Assembly (NCBI GenBank): GCA_001782165.1
Contig: MFNV01000002.1
Coordinates: 15,747-79,746, forward strand
Length of the DNA stretch: 64,000 nucleotides
Direction of reading: 5' to 3'
DNA from: Candidatus Levybacteria bacterium RIFCSPHIGHO2_01_FULL_41_15
GTDB taxonomy: Bacteria; Patescibacteriota; Microgenomatia; Levybacterales; UBA12049
Shown: positions 42,431 to 52,768 of the stretch, piece after piece
Layout of the letters: each line of letters opens with the position of its first letter
Numbering within the stretch: position 1 is the first letter of the stretch
The notes under the pieces: model-generated
What the model saw: only the letters and a program-made list of their open reading frames with translations
What the model was told of the DNA's origin: nothing
Database searches by the model: none
Position numbers and translations under genes: made by a program

Positions 42431-42623
42431 TTGTCTTTTGTTTTTCTTCAATTTTAATCACTTGTCTTCCCTGATAATATCCGCATTTTCGACATACTGT
42501 GTGAGGCACATTTATTGCATTACAATTGGAGCAAATTACACCTTTCGGTATTAATAAGCTTATACTCGCTCGTCTTTTTCCTTTTCTTTGTCTTGAATGT
42601 CTTCTCTTGGGTTCTTGCGGCAT
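42414..42623 (-). CDS. rpmF: 50S ribosomal protein L32
   Basis: PKRRHS, CSNC...PHTVCRKCGYY. Confidence 0.95.
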   Translation of the reverse strand: MPQEPKRRHSRQRKGKRRASISLLIPKGVICSNCNAINVPHTVCRKCGYYQGRQVIKIEEKQKTNEKSS

Positions 42624-42689
42624 TTACGTATTTTACTTTAATTCTATTTTTCCTGCAAGATGTTTCTTAAAAGAAGGATTTTTTTTATT

Positions 42690-44750
42690 TCAATCGGGAG
42701 AGACTTGGGATAGAGTCAGACTGTTTATTTTTTTAAGTAAATCGGGAAACTTTGATAATTCTGGGAAAATTTTCTCAGCTTCCTTTTTTGTTTTTTCTAT
42801 TAATTCAAAGTCCGAGAATGATGCAATTTTAAGCGCAGGCAAACCGTGTTGGGCTGTTCCATAAATTTCCCCCGGTCCTCTTAACTTAAGATCAAGTTCG
42901 GCAAGTTCCGCGCCATTATAAATAGTTTCAAGACTTTTTAATCTTCGGATTGTCCTATCGTTTTTGGAATCCGTAAAAAGCAGACAATAAGATTGCTTAT
43001 TTCCCCTTCCTACTCTTCCCCTCAACTGATGAAGTTGGGCAAGGCCAAATCTTTCTGCGGTTTCAATCATAATTATCGTTGCATTCGGTATGTCTATCCC
43101 AACTTCAACAACAGGAGTCGAAACCAATATGTTAGTTTTTTCTTCCCTAAATTCTTTTAATATTTTTTCTTTAAGATCAGCCCTTATTTTTCCATGAAGA
43201 AGGTCAAGCTTAAAATCTCTAAAAATATTCTTGAGTTTTTCAAATTCTTTTACTGCCGCCTTGACTGTTGCCATACTTTCAGACTCTTCTATAAAGGGAC
43301 AGATGATAAAAGCCTGACTTTTCTGCCTTTTAATTTGATTTTCTATCCACTTGTATGCATCTATTCTTTTTTCGGGGGGGACAAGCCATGTTTTTACAAT
43401 TCTTCGGCCTTTTGGCATATCCGAAAGAAGAGATAGATCTAGGTTTCCATATAAGACAAGGGCAACAGTTCTTGGGATTGGAGTTGCGGTCATTGTAAGG
43501 AGATGAGGATTTTTTCCTTTTTTCCGGATAATCGCTCGCTGCTCTACTCCAAATTTCTGCTGCTCGTCTATTACAACAAGTCCTAAATTTTTAAAATTTA
43601 TTTTTTCGGATAAAACAGCATGTGTACCAACCATAATATCCATTTTCCATTTTTCCCCACTTCGCCCAAGCTTCGCGGGGCGAGCATTTTTCATTTTCCA
43701 TTTTTTCGAACCAGTTATTAAATCAGTTCGTACTCCAAAAGGAGTAAGTAGTTCAGAGATTGTTTTGTAGTGTTGCTGCGCGAGAATCTCTGTCGGAGCC
43801 ATAAGAACTGATTGAAAACCGTTAAGATATGACAAATACATAACAATTGTTGCGACAACTGTCTTTCCCGATCCAACTTCTCCTTCCAAAAGCCTATTCA
43901 TAGGTTTTTTTGACGCAAGATCCTGGAAAATTTCTCTTACTGCCTTTTTCTGGGAGGTCGTAAGATCAAATGGAAGTTTGGATAAAAATTCCCCGATCTC
44001 TTTTTTAAATTTGTTAATCGAAAAAATATTTGAGACCGTTTTCTTCCCCCATTCATTCTTCCTGATGATGCCTCTTAAATGGAGCAAGAAAAATTCATCA
44101 TATGAAAATCTTTTTCTTGCATCCTCTGCTGTATCTAAATTTTTTGGAAAGTGAATATTTTCAATGGCATCTTTTATTCCAATTAGGTTATTCTCTTCTA
44201 GAATTGGATAAGGAATATATTCGAGTAAATTTTGTTTGTGTTCTTCAAGGATTTTGTATATTTGCCGCCTAATCCACTTTGATGAAATTCCTTTAGTTTC
44301 ATTGTAAATCGGAACTAATCTTCCCGTATGAATAGTTCCGGCATTTTTATATATAACCTCATATTCAGGTGATTGCATTACCAATTTATTTTTAAAAAGA
44401 TCTATTTTTCCGGATAGCGAAACATTGTCGCCCTTATTCATTATTTTGGGAATAAAAGGCTGGTTAAACCATATCACCCCTATTGTTCCCGTTTCATCTT
44501 CTATCTTTGCTTTTTGAAGGTTTTTCCATCTTTTTGTATATTCGTTTTTTATATCCGAAACTTTCCCTCTTATGGTTACAATTTCACCCGGTTGAACTTT
44601 TTCTATCTTTGAAACTAAGGAATAATTTTCATATCGAAAAGGAAAATAATAAATAAAATCCTCAAAAGTTTTTATACCCAATTTTTCAAGTCTTCCGGCA
44701 TATTTCTTGTAAATGCCAGAAGCTTTTCCCACAGGTGTCTTGAGATCCAT
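42690..44750 (-). CDS. recG: ATP-dependent DNA helicase RecG, with repeat insertion
   Basis: GEVGSGKT, IDEQ, MTATPIPRT, QLHQLRGRVGRG. Confidence 0.97.
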   Translation of the reverse strand: MDLKTPVGKASGIYKKYAGRLEKLGIKTFEDFIYYFPFRYENYSLVSKIEKVQPGEIVTIRGKVSDIKNEYTKRWKNLQKAKIEDETGTIGVIWFNQPFIPKIMNKGDNVSLSGKIDLFKNKLVMQSPEYEVIYKNAGTIHTGRLVPIYNETKGISSKWIRRQIYKILEEHKQNLLEYIPYPILEENNLIGIKDAIENIHFPKNLDTAEDARKRFSYDEFFLLHLRGIIRKNEWGKKTVSNIFSINKFKKEIGEFLSKLPFDLTTSQKKAVREIFQDLASKKPMNRLLEGEVGSGKTVVATIVMYLSYLNGFQSVLMAPTEILAQQHYKTISELLTPFGVRTDLITGSKKWKMKNARPAKLGRSGEKWKMDIMVGTHAVLSEKINFKNLGLVVIDEQQKFGVEQRAIIRKKGKNPHLLTMTATPIPRTVALVLYGNLDLSLLSDMPKGRRIVKTWLVPPEKRIDAYKWIENQIKRQKSQAFIICPFIEESESMATVKAAVKEFEKLKNIFRDFKLDLLHGKIRADLKEKILKEFREEKTNILVSTPVVEVGIDIPNATIIMIETAERFGLAQLHQLRGRVGRGNKQSYCLLFTDSKNDRTIRRLKSLETIYNGAELAELDLKLRGPGEIYGTAQHGLPALKIASFSDFELIEKTKKEAEKIFPELSKFPDLLKKINSLTLSQVSPD

Positions 44751-44761
44751 ATTCGTGAAGA

Positions 44762-44863
44762 CTAAAAACTAAAAAAGGGAAGAACAGATGTCGCGATCAG
44801 AGCAACCGTGGCTATAATTACGATTATTTTCCAAATCCACTGGTGTTTCCTAAAAATCTCCAT
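44762..44863 (-). CDS. Small membrane peptide MEIFRKHQWIWKIIVIIATVALIATSVLPFFSF (33 aa)
   Basis: Hand translation; fills the tyrS-recG gap. Confidence 0.45.
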   Translation of the reverse strand: MEIFRKHQWIWKIIVIIATVALIATSVLPFFSF

Positions 44864-44906
44864 ATATTTAAAGTCTAATGATTTAGATTATTAGATTGTA
44901 TTCTGA

Positions 44907-46085
44907 TTAGTTTTTTTTGATTTTTATTTTTATGAATCTATGTTTTCCGACTTTTATTATTCCAGTTTTTATTTTTTCATTTGCATTTCTAATAATTTCT
45001 CCGTCAACAGAAACACCACCTTGTTCCACTAGTCTTCTCGCTTTAGACTTACTTCCCGCAAGCCCAGTAAGAACAAGAACATCATCTATTGCCATAACTT
45101 TTTCAAGAACAAAAACATTAAGGTCCTTTGGCGCCTCTTTTTTTTGCACGGTTTTTTCAAAATTATTTTCCGCTTGTTCTGCTTCTTTTTCCCCGTGAAG
45201 TTCCTTAACGATTTGTCTTGCTAAACCCCTTTTGACATTTATAGGATTGAGTTTATTCTTCAATTCATTTTCGTTATCGCCGATTTTAGACGCAGGTAAA
45301 TTAGTTGCAAGCAAAAAATATTGAATAATAAAATCGTCGTTTATCGCCATAACCTTAGCGTACATGTCAAAAGGCTTGTCCTCAAGCCAGATCGTATTAT
45401 TCCAGGTCTTACTCATTTTTCGCCCGTCAGTTCCCGCAAGAAATTCATTGGCAAGAATAAATGATTCCTTGTTCCTCCAGCTCTTCTGTAGGATTCGTCC
45501 TGCCTGCATGTTGAATGTTTGGTCGGTTCCCCCAATTTGTATATCAGTGTCCATAAAATAACTATCATATCCCTGCATTGCAGGATAAAGCCCTTCATGA
45601 AGACCCACGCGGCGCCCACTTTGTAGTCTTTTTTTGATGAGTTCTCTTGATCCAAAATCTCCAAAAGAAAATTGTTGGGCAAGCTTTATAAAATCTCTGG
45701 ACGTAATTTTATCAAGCCACTCGCTATTATATCTCACCTTAATTTTTGAGAAATCTAAAAATTTTTCTGCCTGTTTTTTATAGGTTTTAAAATTATCTTC
45801 AATCTGCGTGGATGTTAGAACAGGACGCTCAGAGTCTTTATCAGAAGTATCTCCTATTAGAGCAGTAAAATCCCCAATTAAAAATGTAACGTTATGTCCT
45901 AAATCTGCGAATTGTTGAAGTTTTCTAAGAGATACTGCATGACCTAAATGAATTTTCGTAGCTGTTGGATCAATTCCTAAATAGACATTTAATTTTTTTC
46001 CGCTTCGAAGTAATTTTTCCAGTTCTTCTTTGGAAGGGATGATGTTTGCAACCCCTCTTGTTAAAAGTTCACCAATCTTATCCAT
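44907..46085 (-). CDS. tyrS: Tyrosyl-tRNA synthetase
   Basis: GIDPT..HLGH, QIGGTDQ, KMSKT, S4 domain. Confidence 0.97.
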   Translation of the reverse strand: MDKIGELLTRGVANIIPSKEELEKLLRSGKKLNVYLGIDPTATKIHLGHAVSLRKLQQFADLGHNVTFLIGDFTALIGDTSDKDSERPVLTSTQIEDNFKTYKKQAEKFLDFSKIKVRYNSEWLDKITSRDFIKLAQQFSFGDFGSRELIKKRLQSGRRVGLHEGLYPAMQGYDSYFMDTDIQIGGTDQTFNMQAGRILQKSWRNKESFILANEFLAGTDGRKMSKTWNNTIWLEDKPFDMYAKVMAINDDFIIQYFLLATNLPASKIGDNENELKNKLNPINVKRGLARQIVKELHGEKEAEQAENNFEKTVQKKEAPKDLNVFVLEKVMAIDDVLVLTGLAGSKSKARRLVEQGGVSVDGEIIRNANEKIKTGIIKVGKHRFIKIKIKKN

Positions 46086-46156
46086 GACTTAAGTATATCA
46101 CGACTTAGCCGCTGGTAACTAGCCACTAGTTACCAGTATTTGATATACTAATTACT

Positions 46157-48511
46157 ATGGTTGATTACGCAAGGAGGAGCCGGCGGAGAAGATTTGCAAA
46201 TACAAACTCTAAGGTTCTTCTTTATAGTAAGCTTTCAAGATATTCCCTCTTCGGATTAATTGGTTTCGTAATTCTTATGGTGGTTCTTTTTCTTTGGTAT
46301 GGAAGAGCTCTTCCTGCTCCTGGAAAACTAATAGAAGCCCCCCTTGGTCAGTCTACAAGAATATATGACAGGAAAGGGATTCTTTTATATTCTGTTTACC
46401 AAACCAGAAATAGAACCTATGTAAAGCTCTCCGATATCCCAAAAACAGTACAGGAGGCAACAATTGCAATAGAAGATAAAGATTTTTACAGAAATCAAGG
46501 GTTTTCAGTGATTGGGTATCTTCGGGCAATAAGAAATATACTGCTTCTTAAGGGTCTTTCAGGCGGGTCTACAATTACTCAGCAGCTTGTTAAAAATGTC
46601 CTTTTATCTTCTGAACGAACGATACCCCGAAAGATAAAAGAGCTTATGCTTGCAATTCAAGTTGACCAAAAATATTCAAAAGATCAGATTCTTGAAATGT
46701 ATCTAAACGACGTTTCGTATGGCGGAGCCAATATCGGAGTTGAAGCTGCAGCCCAAAGTTATTTTGGCAAAAAGGTAAAGGATCTTGATCTTTCGGAAAG
46801 TGCTTTTCTTGCCGGTCTTCCCCAGGCACCGAGCGTCTATTCTCCTTATGGTGGCAGTGGAAAAAAATTCTATATAAAAAGAACAGAAGATGTCTTAACG
46901 CAAATGGTTTCTGAGAAATATATAACCAGAAAAGAAAAAGAGAAAGCCTTGAGCGAAATTGAAAAGAAGACATTTTCTTCAAAAGATTTGTCAATAAAGG
47001 CTCCCCATTTCGTTATTTTCGTAAAACAGCTTCTTGCAAAACAATTCGGTGAGCAGGCGGTTGAACAAGGCGGTCTCCAGGTTACAACATCGCTTGATTA
47101 TGAAATTCAGAAAGAAGCGGAAAAAATTATCAAAGAAGAACTTGAGAAATTAAAGGGCTATAATGTGGGAAATGGATCAGCAGTTGTTATGGATCCTGGG
47201 ACGGGTGAGATCTTGGCAATGGTAGGAAGCAAGGATTATTTTGATACCGAAAACGACGGAAACTTTAACACCGCTCTTGCAAACAGACAGCCGGGGTCTT
47301 CTCTTAAGCCAATTATTTACGCAACTGCTTTTGAGAAAGGATACACCGCCTCGTCTATGATAATGGATGTTGAAACGGATTTCCCCACAGGCGAGGAAGC
47401 TCATCCTATATATACGCCTGTAAATTATGACGGAAAATTTCATGGCCCCATGCAGATAAGATTTACATTGGGAAATTCTATAAATATTCCTGCTGTTAAA
47501 ACACTGGCAAGGATCGGAGTAAAAGATGTGATGGAAAGAGCATATTCTATGGGTATTGAAAACTGGAAGCCTACATCAGAAAACCTCGCAAGCGTAGGAC
47601 TCTCTCTTGTTTTAGGAGGGAGAGAAACAAGTCTTTTAAACGAAGTGATTGCCTATTCTACTTTTGCAAATCAAGGTGTAAAGCAAGATCCGATTGCAAT
47701 TTTAAAGGTTACAGATCTTAAAGGAAATAAATTATTTGAAAATAAAAAAAGATCTGGAGAAAAAGTTCTATCGCCCGAAATTGCATTTATCTTATCCCAT
47801 ATTTTACTTGATAATAATGCAAGGACCTTGGCTTTCGGTCCGAATTCATATCTAGTTATCCCCGGAAAAACAGTTTCTGTTAAAACAGGAACCACTGATG
47901 AAAAACGTGATAACTGGACAGTGGGTTTCACCCCATCTTTTGTTGTAGGTGTATGGGTTGGGAATAATGATAACAGTCCCATGAATCCGGCTATAGCATC
48001 GGGTGCAACAGGAGCCTCACCTGTTTGGAACAGGATTATGAGATACGTGCTTCGAGAAAAGGCTGATGAGCCGCCGAGAAAGCCGGATAATGTTATAGCG
48101 CTTCAGATAGATGCTCTGGGCGGCGGTCTTCCTGTTGACGGTCAGGGCACTCGTTCTGAATATTTTGTAAAGGGGACAGAGCCTACAGGTCCGGGCAGTA
48201 TTTATCAAAAGGTAAAACTTTCAAAACATGAGTCTTCGAAACTTGCAAGTAAGTGGGAAGTAGATAATCGGGATTACGATACCAAAGATTATATTATTTT
48301 CCATGAGGAGGATCCTGTTTCAACTGATGGGAAGAACAGATGGCAAGAAGGGATAAATGATTGGCTTTCTAGTCAATACCCAGGAGATGAAAAATACCAT
48401 CCTCCGACCGAAACCTCAGATTATCAGGGATCTTCAGACACAGATTCTAAAAAAGAAGAAAACCTAACTCCGACACCATCTCCGACCCTAACACCGATAC
48501 CTAGTCCTTAG
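46157..48511 (+). CDS. Class A penicillin-binding protein
   Basis: EDKDF, GGSTITQQLVKN, QPGSSLK, SIN, KTGT. Confidence 0.95.
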   Translation: MVDYARRSRRRRFANTNSKVLLYSKLSRYSLFGLIGFVILMVVLFLWYGRALPAPGKLIEAPLGQSTRIYDRKGILLYSVYQTRNRTYVKLSDIPKTVQEATIAIEDKDFYRNQGFSVIGYLRAIRNILLLKGLSGGSTITQQLVKNVLLSSERTIPRKIKELMLAIQVDQKYSKDQILEMYLNDVSYGGANIGVEAAAQSYFGKKVKDLDLSESAFLAGLPQAPSVYSPYGGSGKKFYIKRTEDVLTQMVSEKYITRKEKEKALSEIEKKTFSSKDLSIKAPHFVIFVKQLLAKQFGEQAVEQGGLQVTTSLDYEIQKEAEKIIKEELEKLKGYNVGNGSAVVMDPGTGEILAMVGSKDYFDTENDGNFNTALANRQPGSSLKPIIYATAFEKGYTASSMIMDVETDFPTGEEAHPIYTPVNYDGKFHGPMQIRFTLGNSINIPAVKTLARIGVKDVMERAYSMGIENWKPTSENLASVGLSLVLGGRETSLLNEVIAYSTFANQGVKQDPIAILKVTDLKGNKLFENKKRSGEKVLSPEIAFILSHILLDNNARTLAFGPNSYLVIPGKTVSVKTGTTDEKRDNWTVGFTPSFVVGVWVGNNDNSPMNPAIASGATGASPVWNRIMRYVLREKADEPPRKPDNVIALQIDALGGGLPVDGQGTRSEYFVKGTEPTGPGSIYQKVKLSKHESSKLASKWEVDNRDYDTKDYIIFHEEDPVSTDGKNRWQEGINDWLSSQYPGDEKYHPPTETSDYQGSSDTDSKKEENLTPTPSPTLTPIPSP

Positions 48512-50384
48512 GTTTTATTTTGAGCTTAGTCTTGAGGCGGACAAGAATCCTTTCTCTTATCTTCTCTACTTCCCCGGATGTTAAATTTCTTCGTGGATTT
48601 TGATAAACAATATGAAAGGTTCTAATATTTTGGAATTTTTCAAGAAGACTTACTTCTCTTATCAAAGGACTTTGATCTTTTATCTCTCTTATAATATCTC
48701 CAGTTTTAATTTTATCAGCCATCATTAGTGCTAGGTCTTCTTTGATTGGAGGATACTTGGGGATAGGCTTGAAGGTTTTATTAAGATTTATTTTTTCAGA
48801 AAACTCATCGTAATTTAATTCAAAAAATATTCCTTCTTCAATTGCTTCTACGTACTGCGATGGATCTTCTTTGATTCCCAGCTCTTCAAATAATCTCTCA
48901 ATCACCCCTTTTACTTTCACAAAATTCATTTTTGTTGAAATTCCCGAGAGAAAATATGATTCTTCTTTTTTATCTAAGTTAGCTCCTCTATACACCTTAC
49001 CCAATTCAAATAAATTTATATCCTCAAAATTGGGTTTATTAAGAGCTACGGCTTTTTTGAGATTGATCATAAGAGTTGGCCTTAAGTACTCAAATTCTCT
49101 ACTTACGGGATTGTCAACTCGCAAAGTTTTGTCCGGATCCATTTCGTTATCGGTTAAATCTTTTTCAGAAATCAGACTGTACGTATAGATTTCTGAAAAA
49201 CCGGCCTCTTTAAATATATTTTTAACTTTTTCTTCTAATCTATAATCTCTATAATAAGGCGGAGGTTTTACGGGAGTCTGTCCGGATGGTATGGTTTTTG
49301 GGAAATTGTTGTATCCATAGATTCTCGCAACTTCTTCTATAAGATCTTCTTCTGCCTTAAGGTCATTTCTATATGTAGGTATTTCTGTTCTTATTGTACC
49401 TTTTGAGATTTTTTCGGGCGAAAGATTTAAGTTTTCTAAAATCTTTAAGATTTTGCTTTCCGCAATAGAAATCCCAAGAACATTTTTAAGTTTTTCTAAA
49501 CTTAAATCAAGTCTCCATGGATTAAATTCTTCTTTTTTAATATCGTAAATGTTACTTGCTATTTTTCCTCCTGCAATTTCAAGCACAAGATTGACGCATC
49601 TTTGCAGGGCATTCAGTGTCCCGCCCGCATTTACTCCTCTTTCGAATATGGAGGAAGCTTCGGAGCGAAGACCCAAAGACAAGGAAGCTCTTCTTATCAG
49701 CGAAGGAACTTCAACAGGGACTCTTATAAAAATAGTTTTAGTTTTTTCATAAATTCCCGTATTCTCTCCTCCTTTTATGCCGCATAGATCAATAATTTTT
49801 TCATCATCAGAAATTACCACAGCATTTTTTGGCAAATGGTATGAAATTCCGTCCACGCTTGTAAATCTTTCCTCTCCTTTTGTCTGATGCACCCTCATTG
49901 CCGCGCCTTTAATTTTGTTGTAGTCAAATGCATGAATAGGATTTCCAAGCTCAAGCATTACATAATTTGTAATATCAACTATATTGCTTATGGGACGTTG
50001 TCCGATTTTAATTAATCTTTCCGAAAGCCATTTCGGAGATTCTTTTACAGTTATGCCGTCTATTATTATTCCGGTAAATCTTGGATTTATTTTGGGATCA
50101 GTTTGTATTTTAAGAGGCAAAATTTTCTTGAGACTTAAGTTTATATTTACGCCCTTGAAGTGTTTAATGCTCTTGCCTTCAATTGCCGCAATCTCTTGAG
50201 CGATCCCAAGTATAGAAAGAAGATCAGGGCGATTCGGTGTTATTTCAAATTCAAAAATAATATCATCTTTATCTTTTATTATCTTTTCAGTACTTAATCC
50301 TACTTCAGTAAGACGATCTCCCAGTTCTCTTGGAGAAAGTTTCGTATCAACATATTCCTTGAGCCAAGATAAAGGCGCCAGCAT
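48501..50384 (-). CDS. pheT: Phenylalanyl-tRNA synthetase beta subunit (short form)
   Basis: ITPNRPDLLS, NIVDITNYVMLE, EEVARIYGY. Confidence 0.95.
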   Translation of the reverse strand: MLAPLSWLKEYVDTKLSPRELGDRLTEVGLSTEKIIKDKDDIIFEFEITPNRPDLLSILGIAQEIAAIEGKSIKHFKGVNINLSLKKILPLKIQTDPKINPRFTGIIIDGITVKESPKWLSERLIKIGQRPISNIVDITNYVMLELGNPIHAFDYNKIKGAAMRVHQTKGEERFTSVDGISYHLPKNAVVISDDEKIIDLCGIKGGENTGIYEKTKTIFIRVPVEVPSLIRRASLSLGLRSEASSIFERGVNAGGTLNALQRCVNLVLEIAGGKIASNIYDIKKEEFNPWRLDLSLEKLKNVLGISIAESKILKILENLNLSPEKISKGTIRTEIPTYRNDLKAEEDLIEEVARIYGYNNFPKTIPSGQTPVKPPPYYRDYRLEEKVKNIFKEAGFSEIYTYSLISEKDLTDNEMDPDKTLRVDNPVSREFEYLRPTLMINLKKAVALNKPNFEDINLFELGKVYRGANLDKKEESYFLSGISTKMNFVKVKGVIERLFEELGIKEDPSQYVEAIEEGIFFELNYDEFSEKINLNKTFKPIPKYPPIKEDLALMMADKIKTGDIIREIKDQSPLIREVSLLEKFQNIRTFHIVYQNPRRNLTSGEVEKIRERILVRLKTKLKIKPKD

Positions 50385-50428
50385 AAGAATTAAGAATTAT
50401 GAATTAAGAATTATGAATTTTATTTTCA

Positions 50429-51487
50429 TTAGAATTGTTCAAGAATTCGTAGGTCTGGATTTGTCAAGAGTCTCAAATCGTTCATTTGATAGCGCAAAGT
50501 TGCGAGTCTTGATAATCCTATCGCAAAGGCAAAACCTGATACTTCTTTTGGATTATATTTAACAGCCTTTAGAACATTCGGGTGTATCATTCCTGCAGGC
50601 ATTATTTCGCTCCATCCTGACATTTTACAGAAACCGCACCCCTGCCCGTTCGGCAGGCGAGCTTTTCCTTGGCAAACCGTACATTGGACATAGGTATCAA
50701 CTCCCGGCTCGACAAAAGGAAAGTTGGTAGTCGCAAATTTTATTTTTATATTTTCTCCCATGAGTTTTTTTAAAACATAATCAATTGTTCCAAAAAGGTC
50801 TGTCAATTTTACATTTGTATCGACTAGAAACCCTTCGCAATGCCAGAATTCAAATCCGTGAGATGCATCTACTTGCTCATATCTAAAATTTTTTCCGGGG
50901 ACGATTACTCTTACCGGAGGTTTAGCTTTTTCCATTACTCGAGCTTGCATTGCTGATGTTTGAGTGCGTAAAATTATTTCTCCAGGTTCAACTTTACTGT
51001 TTCTTGTATCAAGATAGAAAGTCTGTTGAGTATCCCTAGCAGGATGATCTTTTGGAATGTTTAACGCCTCAAAATTATAATAGTCTGTTTCTATCTCAGG
51101 TCCGTCTGCAGCTTGAAATCCAAGACTTTTAAACACATCAACTACATCATATAGAACTTGGCTTAGGGGGTGAAGGTGACCTATATTTGGTTTTATTCCT
51201 GGTTCCGTTCTATCTATTTCCTCCCTGATTTTTTTGGTTTTTGTTTCTCTAAGTCTGTATTCCTGGGAAGAGATTGCATCTTCAATTGATTTTTTGACTT
51301 CATTTGCAAGTCTTCCTATATCAGGCCTTTTCTCCAAAGTAAGTTTAGGGATTTCCTTTATTGCCAAAGTTAATCTACCTCCCCTTCCAATGAACCGAAT
51401 TTTAAGTTCCTCTAATTCTTTTTGATCTTTTGTCTCAAGAATAAGAGAAACAGCCGAGTTTTTAATTTGAATAAGTTCCTCCTCCAT
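50429..51487 (-). CDS. pheS: Phenylalanyl-tRNA synthetase alpha subunit
   Basis: NFEALNIPKDHPAR, FPFVEP, GFAFAIG. Confidence 0.97.
   Translation of the reverse strand: MEEELIQIKNSAVSLILETKDQKELEELKIRFIGRGGRLTLAIKEIPKLTLEKRPDIGRLANEVKKSIEDAISSQEYRLRETKTKKIREEIDRTEPGIKPNIGHLHPLSQVLYDVVDVFKSLGFQAADGPEIETDYYNFEALNIPKDHPARDTQQTFYLDTRNSKVEPGEIILRTQTSAMQARVMEKAKPPVRVIVPGKNFRYEQVDASHGFEFWHCEGFLVDTNVKLTDLFGTIDYVLKKLMGENIKIKFATTNFPFVEPGVDTYVQCTVCQGKARLPNGQGCGFCKMSGWSEIMPAGMIHPNVLKAVKYNPKEVSGFAFAIGLSRLATLRYQMNDLRLLTNPDLRILEQF
50641..50661. repeat. CCTGCC..GGCAGG palindrome in frame in pheS
   Basis: cctgcccgttcggcagg; inserts ARLPNGQ into CxxCxGKGCxxC. Confidence 0.85.
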
Positions 51488-51526
51488 ATTTATAAAATAT
51501 CACAATCTGCCATTTTTAAAAACAAT

Positions 51527-51564
51527 AAAAAACTCCCTTTGTCATCCTTTTGGGAGACGGGGAG
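51527..51564 (-). terminator. Attenuator terminator upstream of pheS
   Basis: CTCCCCGTCTCCC-AAAA-GGATGACAAAGGGAG-TTTTTT; its 5' arm can pair instead with upstream GGGGAGC. Confidence 0.7.
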
Positions 51565-51589
51565 CGTCACTTAAAATCTTGCTCCCCGG

Positions 51590-51631
51590 TCAGGAGTTAA
51601 AAAAGAATCTGAAAGAAAAAATTTTATACAT
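51590..51631 (-). CDS. pheM: pheST leader peptide MYKIFSFRFFFNS (pheM-like)
   Basis: 13 codons with 5 Phe; between rplT and pheS; followed by competing hairpins and a U tract. Confidence 0.78.
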   Translation of the reverse strand: MYKIFSFRFFFNS

Positions 51632-51974
51632 TTTTAACCGATTCAACTACTTTTTTAAAAACCTCAGGATCATTTACGATAAGGTCGCTTAATATTTTTC
51701 TATCAAGCTCGATGTTTGTTTTTTTAAGTTTACTGATAAACTTGCTATAAGGAAGGCCTTCTTTTTTTACAGCCTCGCCTATTCTGGTTATCCATAAGGA
51801 TCTAAAGTCTCTCTTCCTAAGCTTTCTTCCATGAAAGGCATATGCTCCGGCATGAAGCTCTGCTTCCTTGGCAACTTTAATGAGTCTTGACTTAGTTCCC
51901 CTGTATCCTTTGGTTGCCTTAAGAATTTTTTTATGTTTTCTTCTTGAGATGATCCCTCTTTTTACTCTGGTCAT
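51624..51974 (-). CDS. rplT: 50S ribosomal protein L20
   Basis: MTRVKRG, KRDFRSLWITRI, LDRKILSDL. Confidence 0.97.
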   Translation of the reverse strand: MTRVKRGIISRRKHKKILKATKGYRGTKSRLIKVAKEAELHAGAYAFHGRKLRKRDFRSLWITRIGEAVKKEGLPYSKFISKLKKTNIELDRKILSDLIVNDPEVFKKVVESVKNV

Positions 51975-52011
51975 AAACTAGTTGCCAGCTACTAATTACT
52001 AGTAGCTGGTA

Positions 52012-52209
52012 TTATGCTTTTCCAAGCATATGTTTAACTTTTTTTGCAAATTTACCCTTCAGCTGTCCTGGTTCCTTTTGTCTTCTTTGTCTTCTCTTGG
52101 ATTTTATAAGCTTGTGATGGCTTTGATACTGATGGGAAAAAAGAACCTTCCCCTTTTTGGTAATCTTAAACCTTTTACTTACCGATTTTTTTATTTTCTG
52201 CTTTGGCAT
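52012..52209 (-). CDS. rpmI: 50S ribosomal protein L35
   Basis: MPKQK...KRFKITKKGK. Confidence 0.95.
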   Translation of the reverse strand: MPKQKIKKSVSKRFKITKKGKVLFSHQYQSHHKLIKSKRRQRRQKEPGQLKGKFAKKVKHMLGKA

Positions 52210-52768
52210 GGCTTGGACTTAATCCTCCTTTTCTGTCTGGAGAAATTATAGCAATAAGCTGTCTTCCTTCGAAGTGTTTTTCTCTTTCAATCCTAGAAAC
52301 ATCCGAAAGAGAATTTATGGCTTTAGTAAGTACATTCTCCCCAAATTCAGGATGTGCTATTTGTCTTCCTGCGAATTTTACTACAAATTTAACTTTATTT
52401 CCATCCCCAATAAATTCCCTGGCTTTTTTAATAATAACCATCAGGTCATGCTCATTCATGAAGGGACCCAGTCTTAATTCTTTGGTTTCAGAGGTTTTTG
52501 ATTTTCTTTTTTCTTCTCTTTTTTTCTTTTCTTCCTGATAAAGAAATTTTTTAAAATCTATTATTTTTACAACAGGAGGATTTGCATTTGGAGCAATTTC
52601 TACAAGATCAAGACCTAACATTCTTGCTTTTGAAAGAGCTTCCAGCTTGGAGAGTATACCTATCTGTTTTCCTGAACTATCAATAACACGCAACGTGTTT
52701 GAGAAAATAAACTCATTTGTTCTGTAGCGTCTTTTATTTTCCTGTTTTCTTCTAAATCTTTTTATCAA
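52175..52768 (-). CDS. infC: Translation initiation factor IF-3 (non-ATG start)
   Basis: NEFI, LDLVEIAPNANPPVVKI, KELRL; no upstream ATG, as usual for infC. Confidence 0.95.
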   Translation of the reverse strand: MIKRFRRKQENKRRYRTNEFIFSNTLRVIDSSGKQIGILSKLEALSKARMLGLDLVEIAPNANPPVVKIIDFKKFLYQEEKKKREEKRKSKTSETKELRLGPFMNEHDLMVIIKKAREFIGDGNKVKFVVKFAGRQIAHPEFGENVLTKAINSLSDVSRIEREKHFEGRQLIAIISPDRKGGLSPSHAKAENKKIGK

